A stretch of 64,000 nucleotides of DNA. It comes from Epiperipatus broadwayi (taxonomy: Eukaryota > Animalia > Onychophora). Positions 27,124 to 40,182 of the stretch are shown here, piece by piece; position 1 is the first letter of the stretch; each line of letters starts with the position of its first letter. The stretch is from the NCBI GenBank assembly GCA_028023455.1, contig JAQFVV010000004.1:22940001-23004000 (forward strand). The letters are read 5' to 3'. A program made the translations under genes and the position numbers. The notes under the pieces are model-generated. The model was not told the DNA's origin. It saw nothing but the letters and a program-made list of their open reading frames with translations, and searched no databases.

Positions 27124-27215
27124 GGCAGGATGGCTCAGTTGGTTAGAGCGATACCTTAAAATTCAATACTCAAGAATCTAAGGGTCCAGGTTCAATTCCC
27201 ATGCTAATACTGTCA
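27124..27215 (+). ncRNA. tRNA-like module inside the PLE terminal repeat; not a functional tRNA gene
   Basis: GGCAGGA/TACTGTC acceptor-like stem; D arm GCTC-AGTTGGTTA-GAGC; A box 27131-27142; B box GGTTCAATTCC 27189-27199; oversized, unpaired anticodon region. Confidence 0.78.
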
Positions 27216-27231
27216 CTGGTTAGGCCAGTAA

Positions 27232-27274
27232 CACCTGAAGAAGAGGGGAGAAAAATACCTCTCGAAACATTGTG
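27232..27274 (+). ncRNA. Hammerhead motif (family A)
   Basis: CAC-CTGAAGAA-GAGGGG-AGAAAAATA-CCTCTC-GAAA-CA-TT-GTG; the repeat homology ends 6 nt later. Confidence 0.75.
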
Positions 27275-28711
27275 CATATACTAATGAACTTCTAAACAAA
27301 TTTAACTTAACCACAGATATTTATTAATTGCTTACACATAATAAAAGTTTTATAAATATATCTGAAGAATATCAGAAATAAGCAATTACAATGGCAAGCA
27401 GTGGTAGCAATAAGCAGTGAATAGTACTGGAAGTTGCAATGGCCATTTTTGAACATTTTACTTATATTGATTGACATAGGCTATTGCCATGGGATGTTTT
27501 GAACATATAGCTACATCCTCATAATCGTTTAACCCAAAGAGAAGTGCATATACATGAATGATAGTTTTCAAATATTGACTTTACATTACATTTTAATTAA
27601 AATAAATAAAATTGCTACATTAGATTTCTAAATATAAATATGATTATAGTATCATGATATTAATAACTTTTATAACTAAGTGTTAAGGCATGGTTTTTAT
27701 TTATAGTTTAGTTTTATATTAGGCTAATAAAAATCAGTTTTTAAATCACATATATTTTCAAAGTCTGTACCATCATATTATATACAATCATTCAGTAAAA
27801 TTAAAAATTATTATGTAAGCATTTTTAATTCGTATAAATACACAGTAAACATAAGTATCTTTCTTTATTCTATTTCTCTTTTCAGTCTGAGAATTTATGT
27901 AGGCAAAATAATGTTCCTTTGTCATGGGATTCTAATTTAAATGAATGACTTACATAAAAGATGATCTACATAGAGACCATGTTTAGAATTAATTAAAATC
28001 TGTTAAAAATAGAAAATGCAAGTTTTTGGTCTTCAAAAGAAAAAATTATATCGTCTTAGCATTTTACAGTAGGTAGAAATTTGCCTAATTTTTTTTTTAA
28101 TATTCACTGTATGTACATTTTTTGAAGAGCATATTAATCTAACAGAATAGAAATTAAATTAACCATTAAGAAATTAATAATTGATATTATTAAAGCTATG
28201 TTGATAATTTATTCTTTAACAAAATTGTGGTCAAATTATTAATGCTGTTGCTATAGAAATAACTTGAAAAAAGATTTCAAGTGCATATATTAATAATACA
28301 TATTACTATTAACATATGTTATGTTTGGCTAATTAAATTTAAAATTTTGATAGGATATTTAATCAATTTTTTTATTTTATAAATCATTAAAGTGTAGGAT
28401 TTCTCAAAAATAAATAATTTCAATACAGGTGCAATACTGTTAAATTGGATTCTAAATTGGCAGTTTTGTTTTCAGACAAAATAATGTGCTTTAAATTTTC
28501 ACCATCATCCCAAATCATTATTTTAGCTCGAGTTATACTTTGCTTAAGTAACATTTTAATCCTTGAATTGTCATAAATTAATATATACACACACTTGAAA
28601 ATAAAAGGACTCATCTGTATTAAGTGAATGTGATGTTTATTTTTTGATTCCTAATCACATTATCATATGGGAAAAGACTAATCAGTAATAAATATTTATT
28701 TTTTTAATTAA

Positions 28712-28975
28712 AACAGGCAAAACTCTCCACACAGTAGTGCCACTCAGAGTAATCAATGGATGCCAGAAGGCTTGTGCATAATATCCCTATCTAGTGCCTA
28801 CTCATCCAATATCCCCAGACTAGTTTCTGGCTTGTGGCCTTTGTCAGTGAGGAGCTGAGAGCACTAGTCTGGGGATATTGGATGAGTAGGCACTAGATGG
28901 GGATTTTATTTACAAGCCTGCTGGCATTCATTGATTACTCTGGCTGGCACTACTGTATGGAGAGTTTTGCCTGTT
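28712..28975. mobile_element. Foldback MITE, 264 bp, longest copy
   Basis: ~110-bp imperfect inverted arms around a ~40-bp centre; TTAA on both sides (28708-28711 and 28976-28979). Confidence 0.85.
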
Positions 28976-30305
28976 TTAATAAGTTACGTGCAAGCATAAG
29001 AAATGGTGATCATGTTATGTTTAGTGGTATTTTTTTAATTATTGCGGTATAAAGATGTTTTATCAATATAAAAATAAATTTAATGTACAGATCTTTTTGT
29101 AAATATATATTATATTGTAGAAATTAAAGTGATTTATTTAAGTATTTGACATGTATATACTTTAAAAACACTCGGAAGTTTTCAATGGGGTGAGGAACCA
29201 TATTATTAACTTAATCAAAAAGGCTAAGGAACTAACAATACTGAATTGATAATATTGCACTTAAATTGTTGTCTGACTTCAATCTTTGATGGAGTCGTGA
29301 TATTTAAAATCAATTACTCTTAGTATCATAAATTATGATGATTTGTTGTTTTAGAAATCTCATATTGTATCATTATCCTTAAGTTATCATTGATTTCATG
29401 TATTGGCTAAGTTCATGGAAATATGACAATTAAGATATATATATAATTATCTGAAGTGATGTAATTTAATAAGAAAAAAATGATCTATTTCTTTAACAAA
29501 TGTTAATATTATAAAAATATGTTTAGTGCTGTTAAATCTGAATTCTATAAAATCTTGCTACTTTTATGATTAATTTGTTTACATCTGTTGCAATCAAGAT
29601 TAAATTTTGATACACATGTAGCAATTAATCTTCAACAGAATAATTAAAATTCGATTTTTATATTTTGGAATTTAGAATATATCCAGATATTAAAATTTTT
29701 TGACCTAGCTATCAGAAATAAGCAATTATGTAAATGAAAGCATGGATTAATTGCTTGCTGTGCATAAAAATATTAGCTGTATGATGTCCACCTGCTGATA
29801 TTCCATCTGGACATCTTAAAAGTAAATCCTCTTTATTGACATACATATTATTGCCCAGTTTTAGTATAAATTATTATCTTTTGCTTTTTTCACCAAATAA
29901 CTGATAGCTATTGCCTTATTTAAAATTTCTAATAACTTATTTATTTTTTCTTTATCACCCTCCAGTTTCTTTCAACATATTTATTATAATTAATCTGGCT
30001 AATCACATACGTATCAATTCATTTGTAATTGCAATATAGTTACACGTAAGAACTTGTTAATATATGTTCCTCAGTTACAGTAACTATTTTATGATAAATT
30101 GTTATTTTTCTTGGTTTTTACAGTTTAATTCAGATTATTAAAGCAACAAAACAAAAATGTTTTATATGTAAAAAAAATTATTTTTATGAAAAAATTCGTT
30201 AAAATGTTTTTTTTGATCAATGTCCTTTACTTTTTGTCCTATTTGTTAATTATATTTTTGGAAATAATACGTGTGTATATATTTGTATATCATTTTTTTT
30301 TCCAG

Positions 30306-30507
30306 AGCTTCGGAAGGGAAAACAGTAGAAATTGATTATAGAGGAGATGTAGAGCACACAGTTCTTGATATTTTGGGTGGTGTAAGATCAGCATGTACAT
30401 ATATTGGTGCAGCCAAGCTGAAGGAGCTTAGTAAAAGAACGACTTTCATTCGAGTTACTCAACAGTTAAATGAAATTTTTGGAAATGAATCAAGGGAAAC
30501 TTCCTAA
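30306..30507 (+). CDS. GMPR: GMP reductase last coding exon
   Basis: TTTTTCCAG|[60 protein letters not shown]...TAA. Confidence 0.97.
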
Positions 30508-32992
30508 CTTTAATTAAAAGATGATTCTTGGGATTGTTCATGTAAACTTTCTGAAAAAAAAAAAAAAAGGGGAATATCTATATATATATTGCAAATATGA
30601 AATAACAAATTTCTATATTTAGTTATTGAAAAATTACAATAGAAATATAAAAAAATACTTTTTTTGAAATAATAGTAATCAAAAATTGAAATGTTAAATT
30701 GACAATTTATTCTTATATTTTTAAATATGGTTAAATTTTGTCAAATTCTTTGATTTACTGTTTATAATGGTAATCCATGTGCAAAGATATTAAAATGCTT
30801 CACATGGTGACTAGCTATTTGTTAGTATAATGACATTAACATTATACACTAATTAATGCAGGTATCAGAGTGCAATGCTGTTGACATTTTTTTTTTCTAT
30901 GCTACCTCTCTTTATGTAAGCTTTCATAATTGAAGATTTATTATGCTTTTTATTTATTTCTAGTTAAATGTATGTAGACATTAAATTTTTTTTGACCCAA
31001 TATTTGTTAATTTTATAAAGGAAAGTTTTTATCATTTGTTAGATGTTATATAGAATTCCTTTATTTTTGACCATACTGTTCAGAAAATTCATTTACTTCC
31101 AAAGAATATTTTGCATCAACATTAGTTATCATAAACTATACCTAAAAATTATAATATTTTAGATTGTCTATCATAATGTGAGTTTTGGTTATCTATGTAT
31201 TTATACATTCTCTTTCAAATTTAAGTTTAAAATATCAGAAGTAAAAGCTCTATTTTTTGTGAGTTTGTAATATTTATAAATTTTGTCACCATGCATTAGG
31301 TGGTAACATAATGATCATTATTTCATTTCTGAATCTGCCTTTTACCAATAATATACCTTAATCTTTTTTGCAAGCTAAGAATTACTATATAAGTCAGTAG
31401 TATTCAACCTCTAGTGATGTGTAGGCTACATTTTTGATATCAACAGATCTTGGAAATTCCTCTCCAATGAAATCTAAATAATCTATTTTTGAATATAAAG
31501 ATTGGAGTATAATTATGCTGTACTTATATACTTTATCATAAAATAGAAACATTTTTTTATTATTATTAATATGGTTATAAATGCATATATTATTTCCCTT
31601 GCTATATAATAATTATGTCTTTATTTGTAATGGTCTGTAAACGTTCTCAATAACATTTGTTATACTGGGAAAAACAATAAAACTGTTAAAAGTAACCTCT
31701 TTATATTAAATAATACAGTGCTTGTTGTACCTTTTTTGATTTATTTAGATTTTTTTTATAAGTACAATTATCAGTTAACCAAACACGCAAATCACAGTTG
31801 TTTGTTAGATTATGATTGCTAGATTACAAAATCATTGATTATAAATTTAGTTATATCAATCAACATTTCATTAAAGTAGTAGTCTGATAAAGTTTATTAC
31901 AAACAATGAAGAATCGCCGAATTAAACTTATAATTTCTGAGAATATAATATTCATATACTTATTTTTTAAACTTTATTATCTTAAAAATCATAAATAGAT
32001 CGCAAAGTTTCGTAAAGATAAATAAAGGAAATAATAGTTTACTATTTTTTATGATAATAAAGGAAGCATTTAATTAAAAGGTTGTTTATTAGCAATACTA
32101 ATGTTAAAAACAAAACAAAAAATTTGACTTGGATTACTACCCATATTTATGCTCTAATAATGATAGTGAATGAAATAACTTGCTGATAAGTGTTAAGCCA
32201 AAAAATGGAAAATATTAATCACCGAGCTGTAGACATAACCAAACTTAAAAATAATGCATACGCACTTGAAATTTTTACATTTGTTCTAAAAAGCATTTTA
32301 TGATTCAGATTAATTATCATCATTAAAATTGATAAGGAAACATATCACTAACAATGATGGAGTGTTATTTGATTGTAGTATCTGATGGCTAGTTTTAGTT
32401 TCTTCAATTACATTCAGATGAAAAACTTACTAAAAGATTTTGTTTATCTTGATTAATTCCAGAAAAATGTGTTAAGTGAATCTGTGATCAATACAGACTG
32501 AATTATCTTAATATTTAATTGGTATTATAACACAATAATAATGTAGTATTGCCTTTTATATATTGTCAATAATACACATATACAGTATATGCTTCAGAAG
32601 TTCATCTTTTATATCAATAATTATGAAAAATTTTAAATTTGCTTTCTCTTTCACATTCAGTTAAATATTCTCTCTGCAATTTTGTTATCAAAAATTTTAC
32701 TTTCAATATATTTATAAAATAATTAATTTTTTTAACAAAATGCCTCTTATTAGTTTTCTACATAACTAGTAATGAAGATTTGACATTTTCCAGGATTTTC
32801 ATAAATTGAATTTTTTTATTATTGTTACGAATTACTTTAAAATTTTGTAAAAAAAATTTTTTTAATCTGTCATGATTATGAAAAATTTATTTTGAACTGT
32901 AATATTTTCAGCAATCAAATTTTTATAATTTCAGAAAATGCAGAAAAATAACTACATTTTAATTCCAATTCTAGTATTAAAATATATTACTT

Positions 32993-33032
32993 TCTGCTAT
33001 TCACTGATTGTAATTAATCAGTGAATAGCAGA
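32993..33032. repeat. Perfect 17-bp inverted repeat with 6-nt loop
   Basis: TCTGCTATTCACTGATT-GTAATT-AATCAGTGAATAGCAGA. Confidence 0.9.
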
Positions 33033-34153
33033 TAATTAATAGTGCTAAAGATCTCATATTGTAATGCAGTAAAGTAAGCAAGCATCAAGTAATGTTGATA
33101 TTAATAAAATGTTATGTTGATAATGCCATCATGTTCATATGAAATAATTGAAAATGTGATGAATGAAGACTCTATGTTAAAATAGAAAATATATTCAATC
33201 AATCAATAGTATTCTGTCCAGAGAGTAGTCACAATATCAATTTATCCATTCCATTCTCTTCCTTGCCCATTTCTTCAACTCCATGTCTTCCCATCTCTTA
33301 TATCATCCAATAATGTCAATCTCTTCTGTCCTTTCTTTTTATTTCCACTCACCATTCCCTCTAAAACATCTTTCATTAAACTATAATTTCTTCTTAATAT
33401 ATGTCCAATCCAGTTTCTCTTTCTCTGATCAATCTTCTTTCCTCATTTACTCTTTTCAAAATTTCATTTGTTATTTTAGTCATCCAACTGATTTTATATT
33501 AAGAGTAATTTTTAAAAAAAAAATTTTTTTTTTTTTTTAAAAATCAAATTATACATTATTTGAAAAAAAGATAACATCCTTTAATATTAAATTATTTGTG
33601 GATGTAATAATATTAATATTTTCATTATAGAATAGAAATGCATGAAACAGAGCATGCATATTAATGAAAGCTTTAAATATATTGTTCAAATGATTTCTTC
33701 TTTTATTTTTATGTGATTGTTAGGCATTTATTTATTCCTTGTTCTGAGAGTGAAATGATGTTAGAATACTAAATCTTTAGATCAAAGTAGAAAAAAATTA
33801 CTGTATTAATATCAGAGAATAATAGTTAAATAATTATTTTATTAAATATTAGAATAGTTTTAGCAAAAAAAAAAGTATTGAGCAAAATAGAACATAACTT
33901 ATTAAGTCTCCAATTATTTTTAATAATTCACTTGATTCATAAGACCCTTTTTTAATGTAGAACTATGGACATTGAAAGTTTTTAGAAAGGAGCTAAGATT
34001 ATTTGAAGAGGAAAGAATAGTGTGGTTTGAAGTATGAGATGTACTTATTTGAAAGTGAATAAAATAATTAAATTCTTGATTTTACAATAATTTTCTAATT
34101 CATGCTAAGTATCACATGATCACCATTTCTTATGCTTGTTCATAACTTATTAA

Positions 34154-34262
34154 AACAGGCAACTCTCCATACAGTAGGGCCACTCAGTGCAAGCCTTCTG
34201 GCATCCATTGATTACCCTGGCTTGCATTGAGTGGCACTACTGTATGGAGAGTTTTGCCTGTT
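34154..34262. mobile_element. Foldback MITE family, collapsed copy
   Basis: TTAA|AACAGGCAACTCTCCATACAGTAG...CTACTGTATGGAGAGTTTTGCCTGTT; right TTAA absent. Confidence 0.8.
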
Positions 34263-36881
34263 GTCATGATAAGTAGATATTTAATGGTCATACTCTCACT
34301 TTCAATTTGTAGCCTTAACAATAATGGGTTTTCGAATTTATCTTATGTTCTTTCTTGCCAAAACTATATTTATATACTCCCACAATCTGATCCTAAATAT
34401 GCTTTTATAGGAAATATATAAATTGGACACAAATGTTATGGAAAAACAAAATATTTAGTGATGCTAATTAAAATTACTATTTTTTTTTTGTGAGATTTGA
34501 ATAAAGGAAAACTAATTTAATAATTTATATTTTTGATCAAATTTCTATATTAAGCATATAAAAACATACATGTATCCTAATGTTTATTTAATTGTGCTAA
34601 CTGGTTTTACAAATATTCTAATAGATAGTTTAAAAAACATTTTTCCTCATATTTCAAAAGCTCTGAAACAATTTCTAGAAGTAGGTTTAGATGTAAATAT
34701 TTTATTAGACAACTTTCTTAGCACTAGGGTATTCTATTGATGAATATTGGTCTATGTTTACAGAAAAAGCATCAATTCTGAGCTGCATATGCAATTAAAT
34801 ATTACAAATATGCAGTTTATTCTTGCTCATTCACATATTTCTTTATCAGATAACAGAAGACAATATGTCTCATAGAAAATTATTAAAAAAAACTATTAGA
34901 CTATTATAAAAAAAAACTATTAGACTAAAATTACCATTAACTCGGTATATAATTTCATTGCTTAAGACTCTAAATCAAAATTTTCTTTCCGAATAACTAA
35001 TCAATCAAAAGTCTCTCTTCAAATACCTGAAAAATTAAAGCACAAAAAATGAATGTTGTGAAGTTCTAAATAATTTTTTTCCTCCCAAATTTAATAGTAA
35101 AGTCAGCTGGATTTGATTTCCTTACACATCATTGAAGATTCAGAATTAGATTTAGGATCATCCATGGTTGTTATGTGCTTATTTGCTTTAGAAATAGAAT
35201 GACTACAGTGACAGAATTGGAAAAATGTAATAAAACCAGATTGTTTAGTTTCCTTTACAATGCTTGTTAATTGTTAAGCTACCTAAAAAAAAAATCCATT
35301 TGCTAAATAAAAAAGATTCTAAGAAACAATTCAACTCCAGGAAAATATATTAAAATAATCTTTTTAAAATTGTTTTGAATTTTTTAAAAATAATTTAATA
35401 AAATGCTTAAGATTTTAGTAAAGTGTGACAATACAAGGTATTTTAATAGTCCTGGATTAAAACTATGAAAAAGTTAAAATTAGAAAAGAGGCTAGTGAAT
35501 ATATAAATATCTGTATCAAATAATTGCAAAACTTAAATCACAAAACTTTATTTGCTTTTTTTTTTTTTGAATCAGGTTTTTGACCATTTATCAATCTTAT
35601 GGACTGCGATATGAAAAGGGAGATTTGTTTTTATGAGGAAAATAGAATGGTAATAATGAACATGATATAAAAATCATAAAAGAACTTAAAATTTCATTTA
35701 AATGATAATCAATTTTAATTCAGAGTTGATTTCAAATTTTCATTAAAAACGTGTAACTAATTAATATAGATCCAGATCATAATTTAATAACAATAGAATT
35801 TTGCAATATGACTCAAATAGAAATGTGCCATTAATAAAATAAATAAGGGAACATTCAAATTTACTGATAAATTATATATAGGTAATAGATTCACAATTAA
35901 TTGAAAATATCAAAAAGAACAGATTAATGACATGATTAATAAAATTATACTAGACAAGCAAGATTTGAGGGAAAATGTAATGAAATGAAGAAATTACAAA
36001 TTGTAGACTTAATACTTAGGTTGAAAAGCAGCAATGAATGAGAATACATAAATGATTTGTGTAATAAAAATAATCTCATTTATGAGATAGAATAAAATTG
36101 TACTATATTAAAAAATATTGTAAAGTTACAGGTAAGATATGCTAGGAGACATGGAATTAATGACTGCAAAGAATTTTAAGAGAATTTGTAATATGATTTA
36201 CAATTAAAAAAAAAAAAATTGCTCATGGATTTTTTTCTTATATTTAATTCCTGTTTATAATAGATTTACAATAATGTTTTAATTTCAATTGTAGCTTGTT
36301 GAATACTCATATTTCAAAGATTGGACATGATTTTATTTAATGTTTAGTTATAAAGTGTTAATGTTATTCCTGATTCTGGAATAGCATATAAGAGTTAATT
36401 GGATTTAATTTTTAAGAAAAAGACTGGAAGATGACTATTAAGAAATTTATGAGAATTATCTGTAAGCCTAAATATTTATGCTCTGTATGGTTTAATGCAA
36501 TGATAGGGGGGCTAAAAGTTCATACATCATAAGTTATGAGATAAATAAGTTAAATCAACAAATATTAAGTAAACAATTTTCTATCATATATTTAACCACC
36601 TGTTTTATAGCGGAAAATTTAAATTATGCTTTTAAATAGTTTCAATGGGATAAATTAAGTTATCTGTTATAAATTATACTTTTAAACAGTTTCATTTGGG
36701 ATAAATTATCATGTAATTCATATTAATATACAATAAAATATAAGCATGAAGTTTACATCAATATAAGTTAATTTGGTGAAGCATTGTTAAAATAACAATA
36801 ATAAACAATCATTTATAAAGACAACAAAAATATATATCTAAAAAAAAAAACACTTTTTTTTTGTGTATATATATATGTTAC

Positions 36882-36887
36882 TTTATT
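36882..36887 (-). promoter_or_regulatory. Candidate RBM39 polyadenylation signal
   Basis: AATAAA on the minus strand about 570 nt past the stop, followed by a GT/T-rich tract. AT-rich context makes chance matches likely. Confidence 0.35.
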
Positions 36888-37456
36888 AAAAAAATACATC
36901 ATGGTACACAACATAACTAATGAATTGCAGAGCATAACGATTCATTTCAAAATGAAGAAATAAAAAGGAATGTACAAATTAAATATAAACAGTAGTAGTT
37001 CATAAACATTTATGTAAAAAAAAAAAAACCCTAATAGTTAGCCCAGTTGACTTAAAATTTATACAAGTGCAAAAACTATATATATAATTTGTACAAATAT
37101 GCTTGTGTATAGCAATAAAAAAAAAAAAACAGAATAATTTTTATTTAGTTAAGATGAATTTCAGAACTGAGTAACTGGAGTGATATATATATATACACAC
37201 ACATATATATATATATACACACGCAAACTTTATTTCTTCAATTATTATATTTTAAAATGGTCCAAAGCCAACTGCCAATGATTGTTAAAAAAAAAAAAAA
37301 AATTCCCTAGATTGTAAATTAAAAAAAAAAAAAAATCACACAAGAATGTCATTATTATTATCTGCAAAAATTCTTTCATGAAAAACATTTGATACTGTAC
37401 AATGTATTTTTTTCTCCCAAAATAATTTACATTAATAGAATATAGAAAATAATTTC

Positions 37457-37599
37457 TCATAAATGATGCATACTACTAGTACTACTACTAGACCCACTTC
37501 CACCATGTGCTGAACCTATTGGCTGTGACACTGTCATGGCATCAGGAAATAAACTATGATAATTAATGACAGGTACATATGCTGCTGTAATCATTTTGC
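37457..37599 (-). CDS. RBM39: RBM39/Caper last coding exon
   Basis: TTTTTAG|G-KMITAAYVPVINYHSLFPDAMT...HHL-stop. Confidence 0.95.
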
Positions 37600-37684
37600 C
37601 TAAAAAGAGAGAGAGGATAAGAATTATAAGACTGAATATTTGATAAAAAAGAAAAATATATAAAGACTGAATTATAAATATAAC

Positions 37685-37866
37685 CTGCAAACCAACGCCC
37701 ATGTAAAGCACTGACTGAAGCAACAGCTGCAGCAATGCTTGGACATTTGACATAAACATTGCCTTGGGATGCTTTATCTACATAAATATGCAAAACGCCT
37801 CCATGTTTATTGCATTCTTCAATAACATCATCTCTTATTTCTGCATCCCAGTGATGGGTCGTTTCT
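37685..37866 (-). CDS. RBM39: RBM39 exon (UHM/RRM3)
   Basis: ETTHHWDAEIRDDVIEECNKHGGVLHIYVDKASQGNVYVKCPSIAAAVASVSALHGRWFA; AG/GT ends, 182 nt, phases consistent. Confidence 0.96.
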
Positions 37867-40037
37867 CTATATTAATTTAAAAAAAAAAAATGAATACCAA
37901 TCTTATATATGATAATTAAATTTTTTGGATAGTGTGAGCAGTTAGTAATTTATATCAATTTAAAACAATATAAAAAAATATTAAGTTCTACTATATATAA
38001 AATCTGAGATGGGAGGGAAAGGAGCAGAAGATTGAACCCCCCCCCACACCAAATGTTATATTGTGTAGTCAAACAATCAACCTTTTATTTATTATATTTA
38101 AAATTCCAATATATCTGGCAATATATATATACACATTAATAGACAAAATAGGAAAAAAAAATTGCATCATGAAGAAAGATGCAACTAGTAAGATATCCAT
38201 AAGATAATGAATAAAAAAATATATCAATCTATCATGTTACTGCAGTTAGCATTTTCAGTGAATATCAATAATACATGATGCAGCCTAATATACAACATGG
38301 CATAGATTGAAAGACTTCTAACAATATGTAACAAGTATGTGGAATACCTAAATAATTCATTTGATTGCCACATATACAATGGTTGAAAGATTGATTAAAA
38401 GTATACAGATTTTTTTAGTTAATATTAGGATAAGTAAGCCATGTGATATTTATTTTAAAAAAAGGATTGCATGATTCTGTTGAATTAATAACAATGTACC
38501 AGTCTTTCCAAAAAAAAAGATTTCTGGGAAAAGACTAATATAGAAATCAATGATCCTAAGTGTTATGACAAAATTGTAACTAACTGAATATCATATTTTC
38601 CAATAATAATAATGCACTGCAGTCAATGACTGCTAACAATTTAAGTTTCTGCTTGTCTTGTCAATTTTCAGTAGTTTAATACTTTGAATTGATTTGATGA
38701 TTACACCAATTCCTCATAATAATTATTTGTACTTTCCTGTTTCTAGCAAACCTAAATGTTCTTAATCTCGATATACATAGATGCTGTGGTATATCTAGTT
38801 CATAGCTATTTGTAGACCCATGTTCATTCCATCTAAGTTAACTGAAAAAATACTACTGATAAATAATTGCTAAGAATCCTCAGAAAAAATTATGCAGGCT
38901 GTTGAATGTAAAAAATCAAAGAACATTTTTTTTCAGCAAGTAAAACTATTTTGATTTCACTGATGTATGAAAGAAAAAAGTAAAATTAATCATTTAATTA
39001 CGACAACAAGATTGATCAAATGTAGGCAATATTGTTTCAGATTTAGCACAAGAATGTTTAGTTTAGAGCAAGATAAAATATTATTTGTCAATTCTATGGC
39101 TATGCAGAGTTTTTTTTTTTAATTTTCATTATAAATAACTTCCAAAAGATACAAGGAACTGCAGAATCATTAGAGTTACACTCAATTGTTTGGCTGATAT
39201 AGCACAGACTTCAATCATTAACATTGCACAGCATTTATGTCTATATTATTAGGATCAGAAAATCATTTATTACAGAACAATCTATTGTAGATCTGAGTAG
39301 TCAACAAATACTAAATAGCATGCCATTTCCAAATTCCCAGACAAATTTCTGGTTAACTGGCTTCATCAATGTGGAACACTAAATTTGCATTCAAATATGT
39401 AGCAGTGATCCTTACTTCTTTTAAATTAATCAAGTAAGTTTACTTGGATTCTTAATCATGTCTTTTGAATAATTCCAAATTTCAGTGTCGCATGATAATA
39501 ATAAATTGCTAAAAAAAAAAAAAAAAGCTAGCAGCCCTGATTATCTGAATGTAATAATATTTAATAGCAGGAACAAAATTTATAGAAAATAAAGCATATA
39601 ATGATAACTAAAATTATTTTTTGCAAGCAGAAATTAGATATATATAAAAAAACTTAAATAATTATTTTGTGTAACTTTATTTAAAGCAGATTTGAATGAT
39701 TAGAAAAAAACATAAATGAAATATTAAAAATATGAGTAGAATAAGAATGATAAATTGTTAGAAATGCAGAAGAATAGAAGAGTTAAAGCAAAAAACTTTT
39801 TTTTTTGGGAGAAAATTACAAAATGAATTGAGTAAGTAGAGGCAAAAAAAAAAAAAGTGCACAAAAGAATATCTTTGAGCATTTGGAAAAAAAATCAAAA
39901 GATAAAAAAGAATGTGTAGTATATAACTATTGGTCATATTTTCAAAATTAAATATAAAACATTATTAATAATCTGATTATTTAAATTTTAATAACTTGAT
40001 ATATATATATACACACACACATAATATGAATACTTAC

Positions 40038-40182
40038 GTGTGGGGATCAAACATATTTGAAAGCATAAAGCATTGAGTTGCTATAGGTGGAGTTTGATTG
40101 AGTTGTGTTTGTCCAGGCAGAGCTGCCATAGGGTTCATGTTCAAAGCATTGGCTGCTGCTTGTGGAATTTGGAATCCAGTAC
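40038..40182 (-). CDS. RBM39: RBM39 exon (linker and UHM start)
   Basis: GTGFQIPQAAANALNMNP...PPIATQCFMLSNMFDPH; 145 nt; donor GTAAGT. Confidence 0.95.

Larger units (their letters stand above)
26548..27280 (+). mobile_element. 5'-truncated Penelope-like element with an inverted copy of its terminal repeat (family A)
   Basis: 243-bp inverted arms at 26548-26790 and 27038-27280. The spacer encodes a GIY-YIG C-terminus: LQEHKLMIRREKTDMSKVAYHVCANKHMFNWENTKILD, then after a frameshift KEAAHMTMTNNSISQPSVTIHNVW. Confidence 0.88.

Noticed and set aside
27124-27215. Functional tRNA gene
   Set aside because: The anticodon stem is unpaired and oversized, the T stem is broken, and it sits inside a repeated PLE terminus. 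Kept only as tRNA-like.
27215-27229. TTAGG (arthropod telomere repeat) as the loop of the family A hairpin
   Set aside because: A single 5-mer, not conserved in the 59-kb copy; likely chance.
38300-39500. Possible LINE RT remnant on the minus strand (GLQIAMN..., GKYK)
   Set aside because: Too degenerate to assign by eye; needs an HMM search.
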